Shown here one piece after another: positions 9,294 through 18,570 of a stretch of 51,608 nucleotides of DNA. The stretch is taken from assembly GCA_019113725.1 (NCBI GenBank), contig DXGY01000179.1, positions 1 through 51,608 of the forward strand. The letters run 5' to 3'. A program made the translations under genes and the position numbers. The notes beneath the pieces are model-generated. The model ran no database searches. It was not told where the DNA came from and saw only the letters and a program-made list of their open reading frames with translations. This DNA comes from Candidatus Prevotella stercoripullorum. GTDB taxonomy: Bacteria; Bacteroidota; Bacteroidia; Bacteroidales; Bacteroidaceae. The stretch's first letter is position 1. Every line of letters starts with the position of its first letter.

Positions 9294-9356
9294 TTGTAAA
9301 CCCATTTTGACACATCCACCCAAACACATCAGAAGAACGAAAAACAACCATAACTT

Positions 9357-11561
9357 ATGAAAGAAAAGAAGAACAAGAAGAGGCTTACCAAGAACAAGCT
9401 GGCGGAGATGTTGCAAGACCTGTTCATGCGTAATCCCGACAAGCAGCTAAGCTTCAAGCAGATATTCAAGGAGCTGCGGCTCAACACGCATCCGGCGAAG
9501 ATGCTGGCCGTTGACGCGATGGACGACATGGCGTGGGACGACTTCCTCGTCAAGACAAGCGAAAACTCGTACAAGCTCAACCTGAAAGGACAGGTGCAGG
9601 AGGGCAAGTTCATACGAAAATCGAACGGAAAGAACAGCTTTGTGCCCGACGACGGCACGCAACCGGTGTTCGTAGCGGAGCGAAACTCGAAGTCGGCGCT
9701 CACCGGCGACCGCGTGCGCGTAACCTTCCTGGCGCGCCGCCAGAAGCACATCAAGGAGGCCGTGGTGACCGAAATACTGGAGCGCGCACGCGACCAGTTC
9801 GTTGGCCGGCTCAAGGTGGAGCGCGACTTCGCCTTCCTCGTGCCCGACGGCAACGTCTTCGCCAACAACATCATCATACCCAAAAACCGCCTGAAGGGCG
9901 GCAATGACGGCGAAAAGGCCGTGGTCAAGGTGACCCGCTGGCCCGACGACGACAACAGGAACATCGTGGGCGAGGTGATTGACGTGCTCGGACAGCAGGG
10001 CGACAACGACGTCGAGATGCACTCAATCCTCGCCCAATACGGCCTGCCTTACAAGTACCCGAAGCGCGTGGAAGAGGCAGCCGAGAAGATACCGGCCGAA
10101 ATCACCGAGCAGGATTACCGCGAACGCGAGGACTTCCGCGACGTCGTCACCTTCACCATAGACCCGCGCGACGCAAAAGACTTTGACGACGCGCTCTCCA
10201 TCCGGCAGCTGGGCAAGGGGCTATGGGAGGTCGGCGTACACATAGCCGACGTGTCACACTACGTCACCGAAGGCTCCGTCATCGACAAGGAGGCGCAGAA
10301 ACGCGCCACGAGCGTGTACTTGGTGGACCGCACCATACCGATGCTGCCCGAGCGGCTGTGCAACTTCATCTGCTCGCTTCGCCCCGACGAGGAGAAGCTA
10401 ACGTACAGTGCCGTGTTCAACATCGACGCCGACGGCAACGTGAAGTCGTGGCGACTGGTGCACGCCGTGATAAAGAGCAACCGCAGATTTGCCTACGAAG
10501 AGGTGCAGCAGATACTCGAAGACAACGGCGTTGTGGACGGAACGGGGCAGCCTGCGCCCGCCCCCGGCCCCGGCGGTTACCGCGGCGAGTACGCCACGGA
10601 GCTTGTAACGCTCGACAGCATAGCCAAGAAGCTGCGCGCCGCAAGGTTCAGGAACGGCTCCGTTAAGTTCGACCGCGAGGAGATGCGCTTCGGGGTTGAC
10701 GAAAAAGGCAAGCCCATACGCTGCTACTTCAAGAAGTCGAAAGACGCCAACAAGCTAATCGAGGAGTTCATGCTGCTGGCCAACCGCTACGTGGCGGAAA
10801 GCGTGGGCAAGGTAAAGAAGGGGCAGAAGGCCAAGACGCTGCCCTACCGAATACACGACCAACCCGACCCTACGAAGCTGGAAACGCTGCGCGAGTTTGC
10901 CGTGAAATTCGGCTACAAGCTGAAGACCGCGGGCACAAAGGGCGAGATAACGCGCAGCCTCAACAAACTGATGGACGACTGCCAGGGCCGCCGCGAGCAG
11001 AATCTTATAGAGATGGTTGCGCTCCGCGCCATGATGAAAGCCAAGTACAGCGTACACAACATAGGGCACTACGGACTGGCCTTCGACTACTATACCCACT
11101 TCACCAGCCCCATACGCCGCTACCCCGACACCATGGTGCACCGCCTGCTGACGCGCTACCAGAACGGCGGACGCAGCGCGAACAAGGAGTACTACGAAGA
11201 GCTGTGCGAGCACGCGAGCGACATGGAGCAAATCGCGGCACAGGCCGAGCGCGACTCAATCAAGTATAAAATGGTGGAATTCATGGCCGACAAAATAGGC
11301 AACGAGTACGACGCCCACATCAGCGGCATAACTTCCTACGGCATATACTGCGAAATCGACGAGAACCATTGCGAGGGAATGGTGCCCATGCACGACCTCG
11401 ACGACGACTACTACGACTTCGACGAGCGCAACTACTGCCTCGTAGGACGCCGCCATCATCACAAATACCAGCTGGGAGACCCCGTCCGCATAGTTGTGGC
11501 AAAGGCCAACGTGGAGAAGAAACAGCTTGACTTCTCGCTGGCGGAGACAGCGAAGAAATGA
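9357..11561 (+). CDS. rnr: Ribonuclease R
   Basis: TIDPRDAKDFDDALS, VHIADVSHYV, EEFMLLAN, YTHFTSPIRRYPD, and a C-terminal S1 domain. Confidence 0.97.
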   Translation: MKEKKNKKRLTKNKLAEMLQDLFMRNPDKQLSFKQIFKELRLNTHPAKMLAVDAMDDMAWDDFLVKTSENSYKLNLKGQVQEGKFIRKSNGKNSFVPDDGTQPVFVAERNSKSALTGDRVRVTFLARRQKHIKEAVVTEILERARDQFVGRLKVERDFAFLVPDGNVFANNIIIPKNRLKGGNDGEKAVVKVTRWPDDDNRNIVGEVIDVLGQQGDNDVEMHSILAQYGLPYKYPKRVEEAAEKIPAEITEQDYREREDFRDVVTFTIDPRDAKDFDDALSIRQLGKGLWEVGVHIADVSHYVTEGSVIDKEAQKRATSVYLVDRTIPMLPERLCNFICSLRPDEEKLTYSAVFNIDADGNVKSWRLVHAVIKSNRRFAYEEVQQILEDNGVVDGTGQPAPAPGPGGYRGEYATELVTLDSIAKKLRAARFRNGSVKFDREEMRFGVDEKGKPIRCYFKKSKDANKLIEEFMLLANRYVAESVGKVKKGQKAKTLPYRIHDQPDPTKLETLREFAVKFGYKLKTAGTKGEITRSLNKLMDDCQGRREQNLIEMVALRAMMKAKYSVHNIGHYGLAFDYYTHFTSPIRRYPDTMVHRLLTRYQNGGRSANKEYYEELCEHASDMEQIAAQAERDSIKYKMVEFMADKIGNEYDAHISGITSYGIYCEIDENHCEGMVPMHDLDDDYYDFDERNYCLVGRRHHHKYQLGDPVRIVVAKANVEKKQLDFSLAETAKK

Positions 11562-11582
11562 GCAGGCAACAATAACATGTAT

Positions 11583-11704
11583 TGCAAAAGGCCACCTTTC
11601 ACAAACTGAAAGGTGCCCTTTTAGCGTATAAAAGACGGCCTTTTGCAATGCAAAAGGCCGTCTTTTGAAATGCGAAAGGCAACATCCTGAATATCAACAT
11701 GTTG
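11583..11704. repeat. Family A composite repeat between convergent rnr and GH36
   Basis: 22-bp units followed by head CAACATCCTGAATATCAACATGTTG (11680-11704). Confidence 0.85.
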
Positions 11705-11725
11705 CGTTTTGCGACAAAAGTCGGC

Positions 11726-13918
11726 TCATTCCAGCACCACGACACGGCTCTGCATGTCGGCGAAACCGAACACGTCGAGGCCCACTTTCATAAGATAATC
11801 GCCCGTGAACGTCTTGCCCTCGGCCTTCAACGACGGCTTCGCGCCGGGCATGAGGTTGGTCTCCCTTACGGTATAGGTCTTGTCCGGGTCGAGCCCTTGC
11901 AGCCTTACGCGGTGCAGCTTCTCCTGATAGCGCGGATGAATGTCGTAGGCGAAGAGCACGGCGCGCTGCCTGTCCTCCGACACATAGCTTACGGCCATGT
12001 GGTTGCCCTCGTATGGCGACACGAGGCGATACTGCCCGCCGTCCATTATCACGGGGCTAAGCTCTTTCCAGTTAGCCACCGCGCGGCGGCAGAACTCCAG
12101 CTCGTCGGCCGTAAGGCGGTGCAGGCCGATGTCGAAACCGAGCTTGCACATCGAGGCAACGTCGGTGCGGAACTTCACCGAAGCCGTCTTGTCCCAGTTC
12201 GTCACGTGTGCGCACATGGCCTTGGCCGGGAACACCTGCGAGAAGCCCCACTGTATGTAAAGCCGCTCCACGGGGTCGGTGTTGTCGCTGGGCCAGAACT
12301 CCGTAAAGTATTTCAACGCCTCATAGTCGCACCGCGCGCCGCCGCCCGAGCAGAGCATCATCGGCACCTCGGGGTACTTCTCCGCCACACGGCGCATCAC
12401 GCTGTACACTCCGCGCACGTGGTCGATGTACATACGGCCCTGGTTTTCTTTCAGGTAAGGCGAATAGATGTTGGTTATGGGGCTGTTGCAGTCCCACTTG
12501 AAGTAGGCGATGCCGGGGTTTTCGGTCAGCAGACGGTCCACAACGCCGAACACATAGTCCTGCACTTCGGGGTTGCTAAGGTCGAGAACAAGCTGGTTGC
12601 GGTAGTAGTACACGTCGCGGTTGGGCAGGTGTATGGCCCAGTCGGGATGCTTCTCGTAAAGCTCGCTCTTAGGATTTACCATTTCAGGCTCTATCCAAAG
12701 GCCGAACTTCACGCCCACTTCGTCGGCCGCCTTGACAAGGGCGGCCAGTCCGCCGGGCAGCTTCGAGGCGTTGGCCTGCCAGTCGCCGAGGCCCTGGCGG
12801 TCGTTGTTGCGCGGATGCTTGTTGCCGAACCATCCGTCGTCGAGCAGGAACATGTCCACGCCCAAGTCATTGGCCTCCTTCATGAGGGCGGAGAGCTTGG
12901 CCTCGTCGAAGCGGAAGCCGGTGTTCTCCCAGTTGTTGAGCAGGGTGAGGCGCGACCCCAGTCCGTCCTTAAGCTGGTACTTGCGCGCCCACGAATGCAG
13001 GTTGCGGCTGGCCTGTCCCGCGCCACTTTGGCTTAGCGTGAAGATGAATTCGGGTGTAGTGAACACCTCGCCGCGCTCCAGCTTGTAGGCCGACGCGTAG
13101 GGGTTTATGGCCGGGATGACGCGCAGGTTGCCCACGTTGTCCACCTCGAAGGTCATGCTGAAGTTGCCCGTCCAGCCTATTGTGCCGGTCAGCACGCGGC
13201 CTGCCGCCTCCTTGGCGGGGCCGTCGAGGCCGAGCTGGAAGAAGGGTTGCATCAGCATTGCGGCGCGGCTGCCGAGCTTGGTGTCGAGCACTTTCTTGCC
13301 GGGCAGCAGGCGTTGCGTCGTCATCTGCGCCTCCCTGGCCCAGTCGCTGCTGAACTCGGTGAGGTAATACGCCGGCTCGTTGAAGTAGAGCATGGTCGAG
13401 GCGTAGCGGTCGAGGGTGACACTTCCACGCTCGTCATGGCTTATTTCGCTCCACGTCTTGATTACGTTCTCGGCGGCGTAGGCCACGTAGTGCAGCGTAA
13501 CAGAGAGCGGATAGCGGTCGTCGCGCAGGCGTATGTCGGTCTGCGTGCCGCCGCTGACGGCCTTCGTTTCAGATGATTGGTAATATAAATAGGTAGTAGG
13601 ATTGCCGTCGGCGTGGGTCACCGCGAGGGCAGGCTCGAAGTAATCTTCTCCTCCCGAACCGCCGTACACCTCCCATCCGCGCGTCGTCACAGAGCCGTCA
13701 GAGCCTGCATGGACGCTCCATTCGAGGCTGTTCAAATCGCTTTCATGCTTCAGCCGCTCGCCGAAATACACCTGGTAGAGCCGCCCGTTGGGCGCAACTT
13801 GCAGCACGAGGTCGGTCTCGTCGGTGGAAATACGTATGTTCTTGGGCGACTCCGCGGCACTCGCCGGTGCGCAGACGGCCGCAGCCGCGATGATGGTTGA
13901 CAGTATTACATGCTTCAT
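11726..13918 (-). CDS. Alpha-galactosidase, GH36, with signal peptide
   Basis: LNNWE, LDDGWF, GLGDW, FGLWIEPEMVN, YFKWDCN, CSGGGAR and WPSDNTD motifs. Confidence 0.95.
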   Translation of the reverse strand: MKHVILSTIIAAAAVCAPASAAESPKNIRISTDETDLVLQVAPNGRLYQVYFGERLKHESDLNSLEWSVHAGSDGSVTTRGWEVYGGSGGEDYFEPALAVTHADGNPTTYLYYQSSETKAVSGGTQTDIRLRDDRYPLSVTLHYVAYAAENVIKTWSEISHDERGSVTLDRYASTMLYFNEPAYYLTEFSSDWAREAQMTTQRLLPGKKVLDTKLGSRAAMLMQPFFQLGLDGPAKEAAGRVLTGTIGWTGNFSMTFEVDNVGNLRVIPAINPYASAYKLERGEVFTTPEFIFTLSQSGAGQASRNLHSWARKYQLKDGLGSRLTLLNNWENTGFRFDEAKLSALMKEANDLGVDMFLLDDGWFGNKHPRNNDRQGLGDWQANASKLPGGLAALVKAADEVGVKFGLWIEPEMVNPKSELYEKHPDWAIHLPNRDVYYYRNQLVLDLSNPEVQDYVFGVVDRLLTENPGIAYFKWDCNSPITNIYSPYLKENQGRMYIDHVRGVYSVMRRVAEKYPEVPMMLCSGGGARCDYEALKYFTEFWPSDNTDPVERLYIQWGFSQVFPAKAMCAHVTNWDKTASVKFRTDVASMCKLGFDIGLHRLTADELEFCRRAVANWKELSPVIMDGGQYRLVSPYEGNHMAVSYVSEDRQRAVLFAYDIHPRYQEKLHRVRLQGLDPDKTYTVRETNLMPGAKPSLKAEGKTFTGDYLMKVGLDVFGFADMQSRVVVLE

Positions 13919-13972
13919 AAAAAGGATGGTTTAGGCATTGTTTAATGTTAGTTCGTCATTAAAATGTAGGTA

Positions 13973-14065
13973 AACAATCCCACTTCAAGCGGTCAACTGG
14001 TAACTGAAAGTCGCCGTTAAGGCAATGACAGTTACCTACCGACCGCCTGAAACATGGTTATTGTT
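13973..14065 (-). promoter_or_regulatory. Candidate structured RNA leader (long hairpin) upstream of GH36
   Basis: The arms pair extensively, and several DNA mismatches become G-U pairs only on the - strand. Confidence 0.45.
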
Positions 14066-14120
14066 ACATCTTTCATATATCAAACTCACGTATTACTTAC
14101 ATGATTTTCACGCCGTAATG

Positions 14121-14244
14121 CAACCCGTTGATTTCCAACACGTTACAAGACGGCTTGCAAAAGGCGGCCTTTTGCGTCCTCAAAGATAACCTTTTACAAC
14201 GTAAAAGACGGCATTTTGCGTGACAAAATGCCGTCTTTTGCAAA
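14121..14244. repeat. Family A composite repeat
   Basis: Head CAACCCGTTGATTTCCAACACGTTA followed by 22-bp units. Confidence 0.85.
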
Positions 14245-14310
14245 TCAACGCCGCATACCCCTCAACACGGGCGGCGGCTACACCTTTTACCATTAACTAA
14301 TACTACCTGT

Positions 14311-15195
14311 TTATCTTTGTGTCAATTCCTTTGGCAACTCGGGCATCGCGCCGCTCTGCGTGCACACATACGCCGACACCTTGACGGCCAGCTTGTGCGC
14401 GTCGGCTACCGACATGCCCTTGAGTATGGCCGAACAGAACGCTCCTGTGAACGAGTCGCCCGCGCCAACGGTGTCGGCCACCTCTACAAGCGGCGTCTCC
14501 TGGAACGACACATTGCCCGGGGTGAACACGTAGCTGCCGTTGGTTCCGCATGTCAGCACGAGCATGTCGAGGTTGCACTTGCCGAGCAGCAGCCAGCACT
14601 TGTCGCGCATGTCAAGACCCGGATAGCCGAACATGCGGCCTATGGCGACAAGCTCCTCGTCGTTGATTTTCAGTATGTTGCAGCGGTAAAGCGACTCGGC
14701 TATGATTTCCTTGGTGTAGAAATTCTGCCTAAGGTTTATGTCGAAAATGCGCAACCGGCCGTCGCCCGTGGGCATGGTGTCGAGAAACTTATATATTGTT
14801 TCGCGCGAAACGACGTTCCTCTGTGCCAGCGAGCCGAAGCATACGGCGCGGCAGTTGCGCGCCAAGTCTTCAATTTCGGGCGTGAAGGGGATGTTATCCC
14901 AGGCCACGTTCTCGCGTATGTCATACGTCGGTATGCCGTCCTCGTCGAGCGTAACCTGCACCGTTCCGGTGGGATAAGGCACTTGCGCCATGATGTAGTC
15001 AAGCCCCTTTTCATTGAGCGCGGCCAGCGTCTCCTCGCCCAGTTTGTCGTTGCCCACCGCGCTGACGGCCATCGAGTTGAAGCCGAACTGCTTTACATGA
15101 TATGCGAAGTTGGCGGGTGCGCCGCCCAGTTTCTTGCCTTCGGGCAGCACGTCCCACAACGCCTCGCCCAGTCCTACGATTATGTCTGTGTTCAT
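14311..15195 (-). CDS. Fructokinase (PfkB family carbohydrate kinase)
   Basis: GEALWD, GGAPANFA, FDINLR, KINDEE and DTVGAGDSF motifs; fructan PUL context. Confidence 0.9.
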   Translation of the reverse strand: MNTDIIVGLGEALWDVLPEGKKLGGAPANFAYHVKQFGFNSMAVSAVGNDKLGEETLAALNEKGLDYIMAQVPYPTGTVQVTLDEDGIPTYDIRENVAWDNIPFTPEIEDLARNCRAVCFGSLAQRNVVSRETIYKFLDTMPTGDGRLRIFDINLRQNFYTKEIIAESLYRCNILKINDEELVAIGRMFGYPGLDMRDKCWLLLGKCNLDMLVLTCGTNGSYVFTPGNVSFQETPLVEVADTVGAGDSFTGAFCSAILKGMSVADAHKLAVKVSAYVCTQSGAMPELPKELTQR

Positions 15196-15199
15196 ATTT

Positions 15200-15307
15200 T
15201 TAAGGTTTTACGGTTTTGAGGTTATGAGGTCTTACGGTTGCCAAGGTACAACGGTCTTACAAATTACACCGTACAACCCCATAACCGCACAACCCCATGA
15301 CCCAAAA
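15200..15307. repeat. Inverted pair of degenerate 9-bp GAGGTTATG / CATAACCCC-type arrays
   Basis: aaggttttacggttttgaggttatgaggtcttacggtt ... accgtacaaccccataaccgcacaaccccatgaccc. Confidence 0.6.
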
Positions 15308-16501
15308 TCAATGTTTCACATTCTTTATATAACTGAAAAGATAGATTACGCCGACGGCCATCACCGCCACGGCTCCTGCCTGTCCGGCGGCGTCGGAGGC
15401 AAAGCCCATGAGCAGGGGGAACACCGTTCCGCCGAAAAGTCCCATTATCATGAGGCCCGAAACCTCGTTCTGCTTTTCGGGTTCGGACAGCAACGCCTGC
15501 GAATATACCAGCGAGAAGATGTTTGAGTTGCCGTAACCCACGAGGGCAATTGCCGTGTAGAGCACCGCCTGCGACGTGCCGAAGAACATCCCTACCATGC
15601 TCAACGCCATCATAACGACGCTGATTACGAAGAACGTCCGGTTGTTCATGACGCGCAGGAAGAACGAACCGGTAAGGCAGCCCACCGTCCTGAAGATGAA
15701 GTAAAGGCTCGTGGCGAAGGCCGCCTCGTTGAGAGTCATGCCCAGACGCTCCATCAACAGTTTCGGCGCAGTTGTGTTAGTACCAACGTCGATGCCGACA
15801 TGGCACATGATGCCGAGGAACGACAGCAGCACAATAGGCTTGCCGAGCAGGCGCAGGCAGTCGCCGAAGCTCGACGCCTTGCCCTCCGCCTTCTCCTCAT
15901 GTATAGGCGTAACGAAGAGCAAAAGGGCTGAAAGCACACCCACGACGAAGTAAACAAGGAAGAGCACTTTCCACCCGAAGCCGAACGAAGGCATGGCCGC
16001 CGTGGCTCCCCACATGGCAATGTACGGCGCGAGGAACGACGCGATGGCCTTTATGAACTGGCCGAAGGTGAGCGTACTGGCAAGGTTGCCGCCCTGAATT
16101 ACGGTAGATATGAGCGGATTGAGCGACGTCTGCATCAGCGCGTTGCCTATGCCGAGCAGGCAGAAGGACACCAGCATCACGCCGAAACTGTTGCCGAAGA
16201 GCGGCAGAAGCAGTGAAACTATGGTGACGACGAGCGACAGCAGCACCGTGTTCTTGCGCCCGATGCGGTTCATCAGCATTCCCGTTGGCACGGAGAAGAT
16301 GAGGAACCAGAAGAAGACCATCGACGGAAAGACGTTAGCCACGGAGTCGCTTAGCCCGAGGTCGGCCTTCACGTAGTTGGAAGCTATGCCCACAAGGTCG
16401 ACGAAACCCATTGCGAAGAAGCAAAGCATGACGGGCACCAGCTTCATATAAGGGGAAGCCCCCTCCCGTCCTCCCCGTGGGGAGGTGTGTAAAGTTTCCA
16501 T
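15308..16501 (-). CDS. MFS sugar (fructose) permease, FucP-like
   Basis: About 12 TM segments; CFFAMGFVDLVG, MNRIGRKNT and LMQTSLNP. An alternative start exists at 16447 (MKLVPV). Confidence 0.9.
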   Translation of the reverse strand: METLHTSPRGGREGASPYMKLVPVMLCFFAMGFVDLVGIASNYVKADLGLSDSVANVFPSMVFFWFLIFSVPTGMLMNRIGRKNTVLLSLVVTIVSLLLPLFGNSFGVMLVSFCLLGIGNALMQTSLNPLISTVIQGGNLASTLTFGQFIKAIASFLAPYIAMWGATAAMPSFGFGWKVLFLVYFVVGVLSALLLFVTPIHEEKAEGKASSFGDCLRLLGKPIVLLSFLGIMCHVGIDVGTNTTAPKLLMERLGMTLNEAAFATSLYFIFRTVGCLTGSFFLRVMNNRTFFVISVVMMALSMVGMFFGTSQAVLYTAIALVGYGNSNIFSLVYSQALLSEPEKQNEVSGLMIMGLFGGTVFPLLMGFASDAAGQAGAVAVMAVGVIYLFSYIKNVKH

Positions 16502-16593
16502 AAGATATTGTTTAATTGTTGATTACTAATTGATTATTGTGTGGCCCCGTAGCGTCAGTTCTCCGCCCCTCGGGGAGGCCGGGAGGGGGCTCC
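16456..16593. repeat. Family H GC-rich inverted pair straddling the GH32 stop and the MFS start
   Basis: aagccccctcccgtcctccccgtggggagg (16456-16485) and ctccgcccctcggggaggccgggagggggctcc (16561-16593). Confidence 0.8.
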
Positions 16594-18381
16594 TATCCTA
16601 TAAACATTCATCTTTTTCACGGTGAACGAGCCGCGAACGGACTCGAACTTCATCTTGTTGTAAGGCTCGGAGGGGAACACAATGTTGGTCATGACGAACT
16701 TTCCGCCGTCACCAAAGGCCTCGATGCTGGAGCGGTCGACGAAAAGGCGCAGCGTAAAGTCGTCCCCACCAGACACAGGTGCCGCCGTCATGGCCGGGAA
16801 GTCGCGGCTGAACGCGGTCTCGCCGCTGTTGCTTCTATCCATGACAAACTGCCGCATGGCCGTGTCGTAGTACATAAGGACGCTCTCGCCCTTGCCGTTG
16901 AGCAGGGTGAAGGCTATTTTCTGCGCGCCGTTGTTCTTGATTTCCATCTCTATTTCGTAAGCACCGTTGTTGCCGTCGAGCAGGTTCTCGATGCTGTAAG
17001 AGTCGCTTACGTTGAACTTCTTGATGCTCTTCACGTCCTGGCGGGCGGCCTCTATCTCCTTTGAAGGCGCACTCTTGAGCAGCAGGTCGCCGTCCTGGCG
17101 GTACAGGGTGAGGTCGCGCGCTATGGTGTTGGCCGAGCGGTACTGCTTCGTAGGCACTACGGCGGCGTACTGCCAGTTGCTCATCCATCCGAGGGCCACG
17201 CAGCGTCCGTCGGGCGCGTTGTGGAAAGTCACGGTGGCGTAGTGGTCCTTTCCGTAGTCCATCCACTTGGTCTTGGTGGGATATTGGTTGGTGAACTTCT
17301 TGCCGTCGAACGTTCCCACGAAGTATTGAGTGGCACTGCCGCCGAACGGTCCGCCGGGGTTGAGGTTGCAGACGAGCACCCAACGCTTTTCCTTTGTGCC
17401 CTCTACGGGCAGCTCAACGAGGTCGGGGCACTCCCAAACGCCGCCGTGCGCACCCTGCTTCAGGCCGAAGTCGCTCTCGTGCTTCCATTCTTTGAGATTC
17501 TTTGACGAGAAGATTTGCATCTGCTGACCTACCGCGAGCATCATCACCCAGTGCTTGCCGGGGGCGTACCAAAACACCTTCGGGTCGCGGAAGTCGCGCT
17601 CGGTGGAGGTCAGTATGGGGTTGCCGGCGTACTTGGTGAAGGTCTTTCCGCCGTCGGTGCTGTACGCAATGCTCTGCATCTGGGCGTCGCCCCACGGCGT
17701 AGGCTTGGCCGACGTGTAGAAAGCCACTATCGCGCCGGGGCCGAAGCCGGCTGTGTTGTCCGTGTCAACCACGGCCGAACCGCTGAACACCGTGCCCCAT
17801 GCGTCGGGCAGGAGGGCGTCGCCCTCATACTGCCAATGCACCAAGTCGGTAGACGTAGAGTGTCCCCAGTGCATGTTGCCCCACGTAGAGCCGTAGGGGT
17901 TATGCTGGAAATACAGGTGCCACACGCCGTCCTTGTAGAACATACCGTTAGGGTCGTTCATCCATCCGTAGGCCGGAGTGTGGTGGTACAGCGGACGGTA
18001 CTTCTCCCTGTTCGCCATGTCGAACGTGTCGGAGAGCTTCAGTTCCTTCCAGCAGAGCGAGCCTTGTGGCATACCCTGCACGTCAACCTTGACGTCGCGG
18101 CCGATAAAGGCCGAGAGGTCGAGCGGCACATAGTAGTCCACACGCTCGCGCGCCAGGCGCACGTTCATCACCGTAGTTACAGGCATGTTTGCTTCGACGA
18201 CGCACAGCTTGGCCTCGGGCGCGTCGTCCTGTACGGGCAGCAACAGGCAGCGCGGTGCCTCGCTGACGGACAGGATGTTCTGTTCGTTGGCAAGATGGAG
18301 CACCTTCAGCTGCGGCGCGGCCTGCAACAAGGCCGGCGCAAGAGCCGCCGCAAATGTAAGAAAAATGTTCTTCAGTCTCAT
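16555..18381 (-). CDS. GH32 exo-beta-fructosidase (levanase/inulinase type) with N-terminal DUF4980-like domain
   Basis: WMNDPNG, WGH, FSGSA, FRDPKV, WECPD and DYGKDHYA motifs; signal peptide. Confidence 0.93.
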   Translation of the reverse strand: MRLKNIFLTFAAALAPALLQAAPQLKVLHLANEQNILSVSEAPRCLLLPVQDDAPEAKLCVVEANMPVTTVMNVRLARERVDYYVPLDLSAFIGRDVKVDVQGMPQGSLCWKELKLSDTFDMANREKYRPLYHHTPAYGWMNDPNGMFYKDGVWHLYFQHNPYGSTWGNMHWGHSTSTDLVHWQYEGDALLPDAWGTVFSGSAVVDTDNTAGFGPGAIVAFYTSAKPTPWGDAQMQSIAYSTDGGKTFTKYAGNPILTSTERDFRDPKVFWYAPGKHWVMMLAVGQQMQIFSSKNLKEWKHESDFGLKQGAHGGVWECPDLVELPVEGTKEKRWVLVCNLNPGGPFGGSATQYFVGTFDGKKFTNQYPTKTKWMDYGKDHYATVTFHNAPDGRCVALGWMSNWQYAAVVPTKQYRSANTIARDLTLYRQDGDLLLKSAPSKEIEAARQDVKSIKKFNVSDSYSIENLLDGNNGAYEIEMEIKNNGAQKIAFTLLNGKGESVLMYYDTAMRQFVMDRSNSGETAFSRDFPAMTAAPVSGGDDFTLRLFVDRSSIEAFGDGGKFVMTNIVFPSEPYNKMKFESVRGSFTVKKMNVYRIGAPSRPPRGAEN

Positions 18382-18442
18382 GGTTATCTGCTTTTTTATG
18401 TTCTATATCATACCGTTTCCGCGCCGTCCGGCAGCCGCCGTG

Positions 18443-18555
18443 CAACTGCCTGGCTGTCAATGGCTTGCCAATATGCCGTCTTTTGCAGTGCAAAAGGTGG
18501 CCTTTCGGCGTGCAAAAGACGGCCTTTCACAGCCTGAAAGGCCGTCTCTTGCAAA
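18443..18555. repeat. Family A composite repeat
   Basis: Head CAACTGCCTGGCTGTCAATGGCTTG followed by 22-bp units. Confidence 0.85.
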
Positions 18556-18570
18556 TCAGCATGGCTGGCA

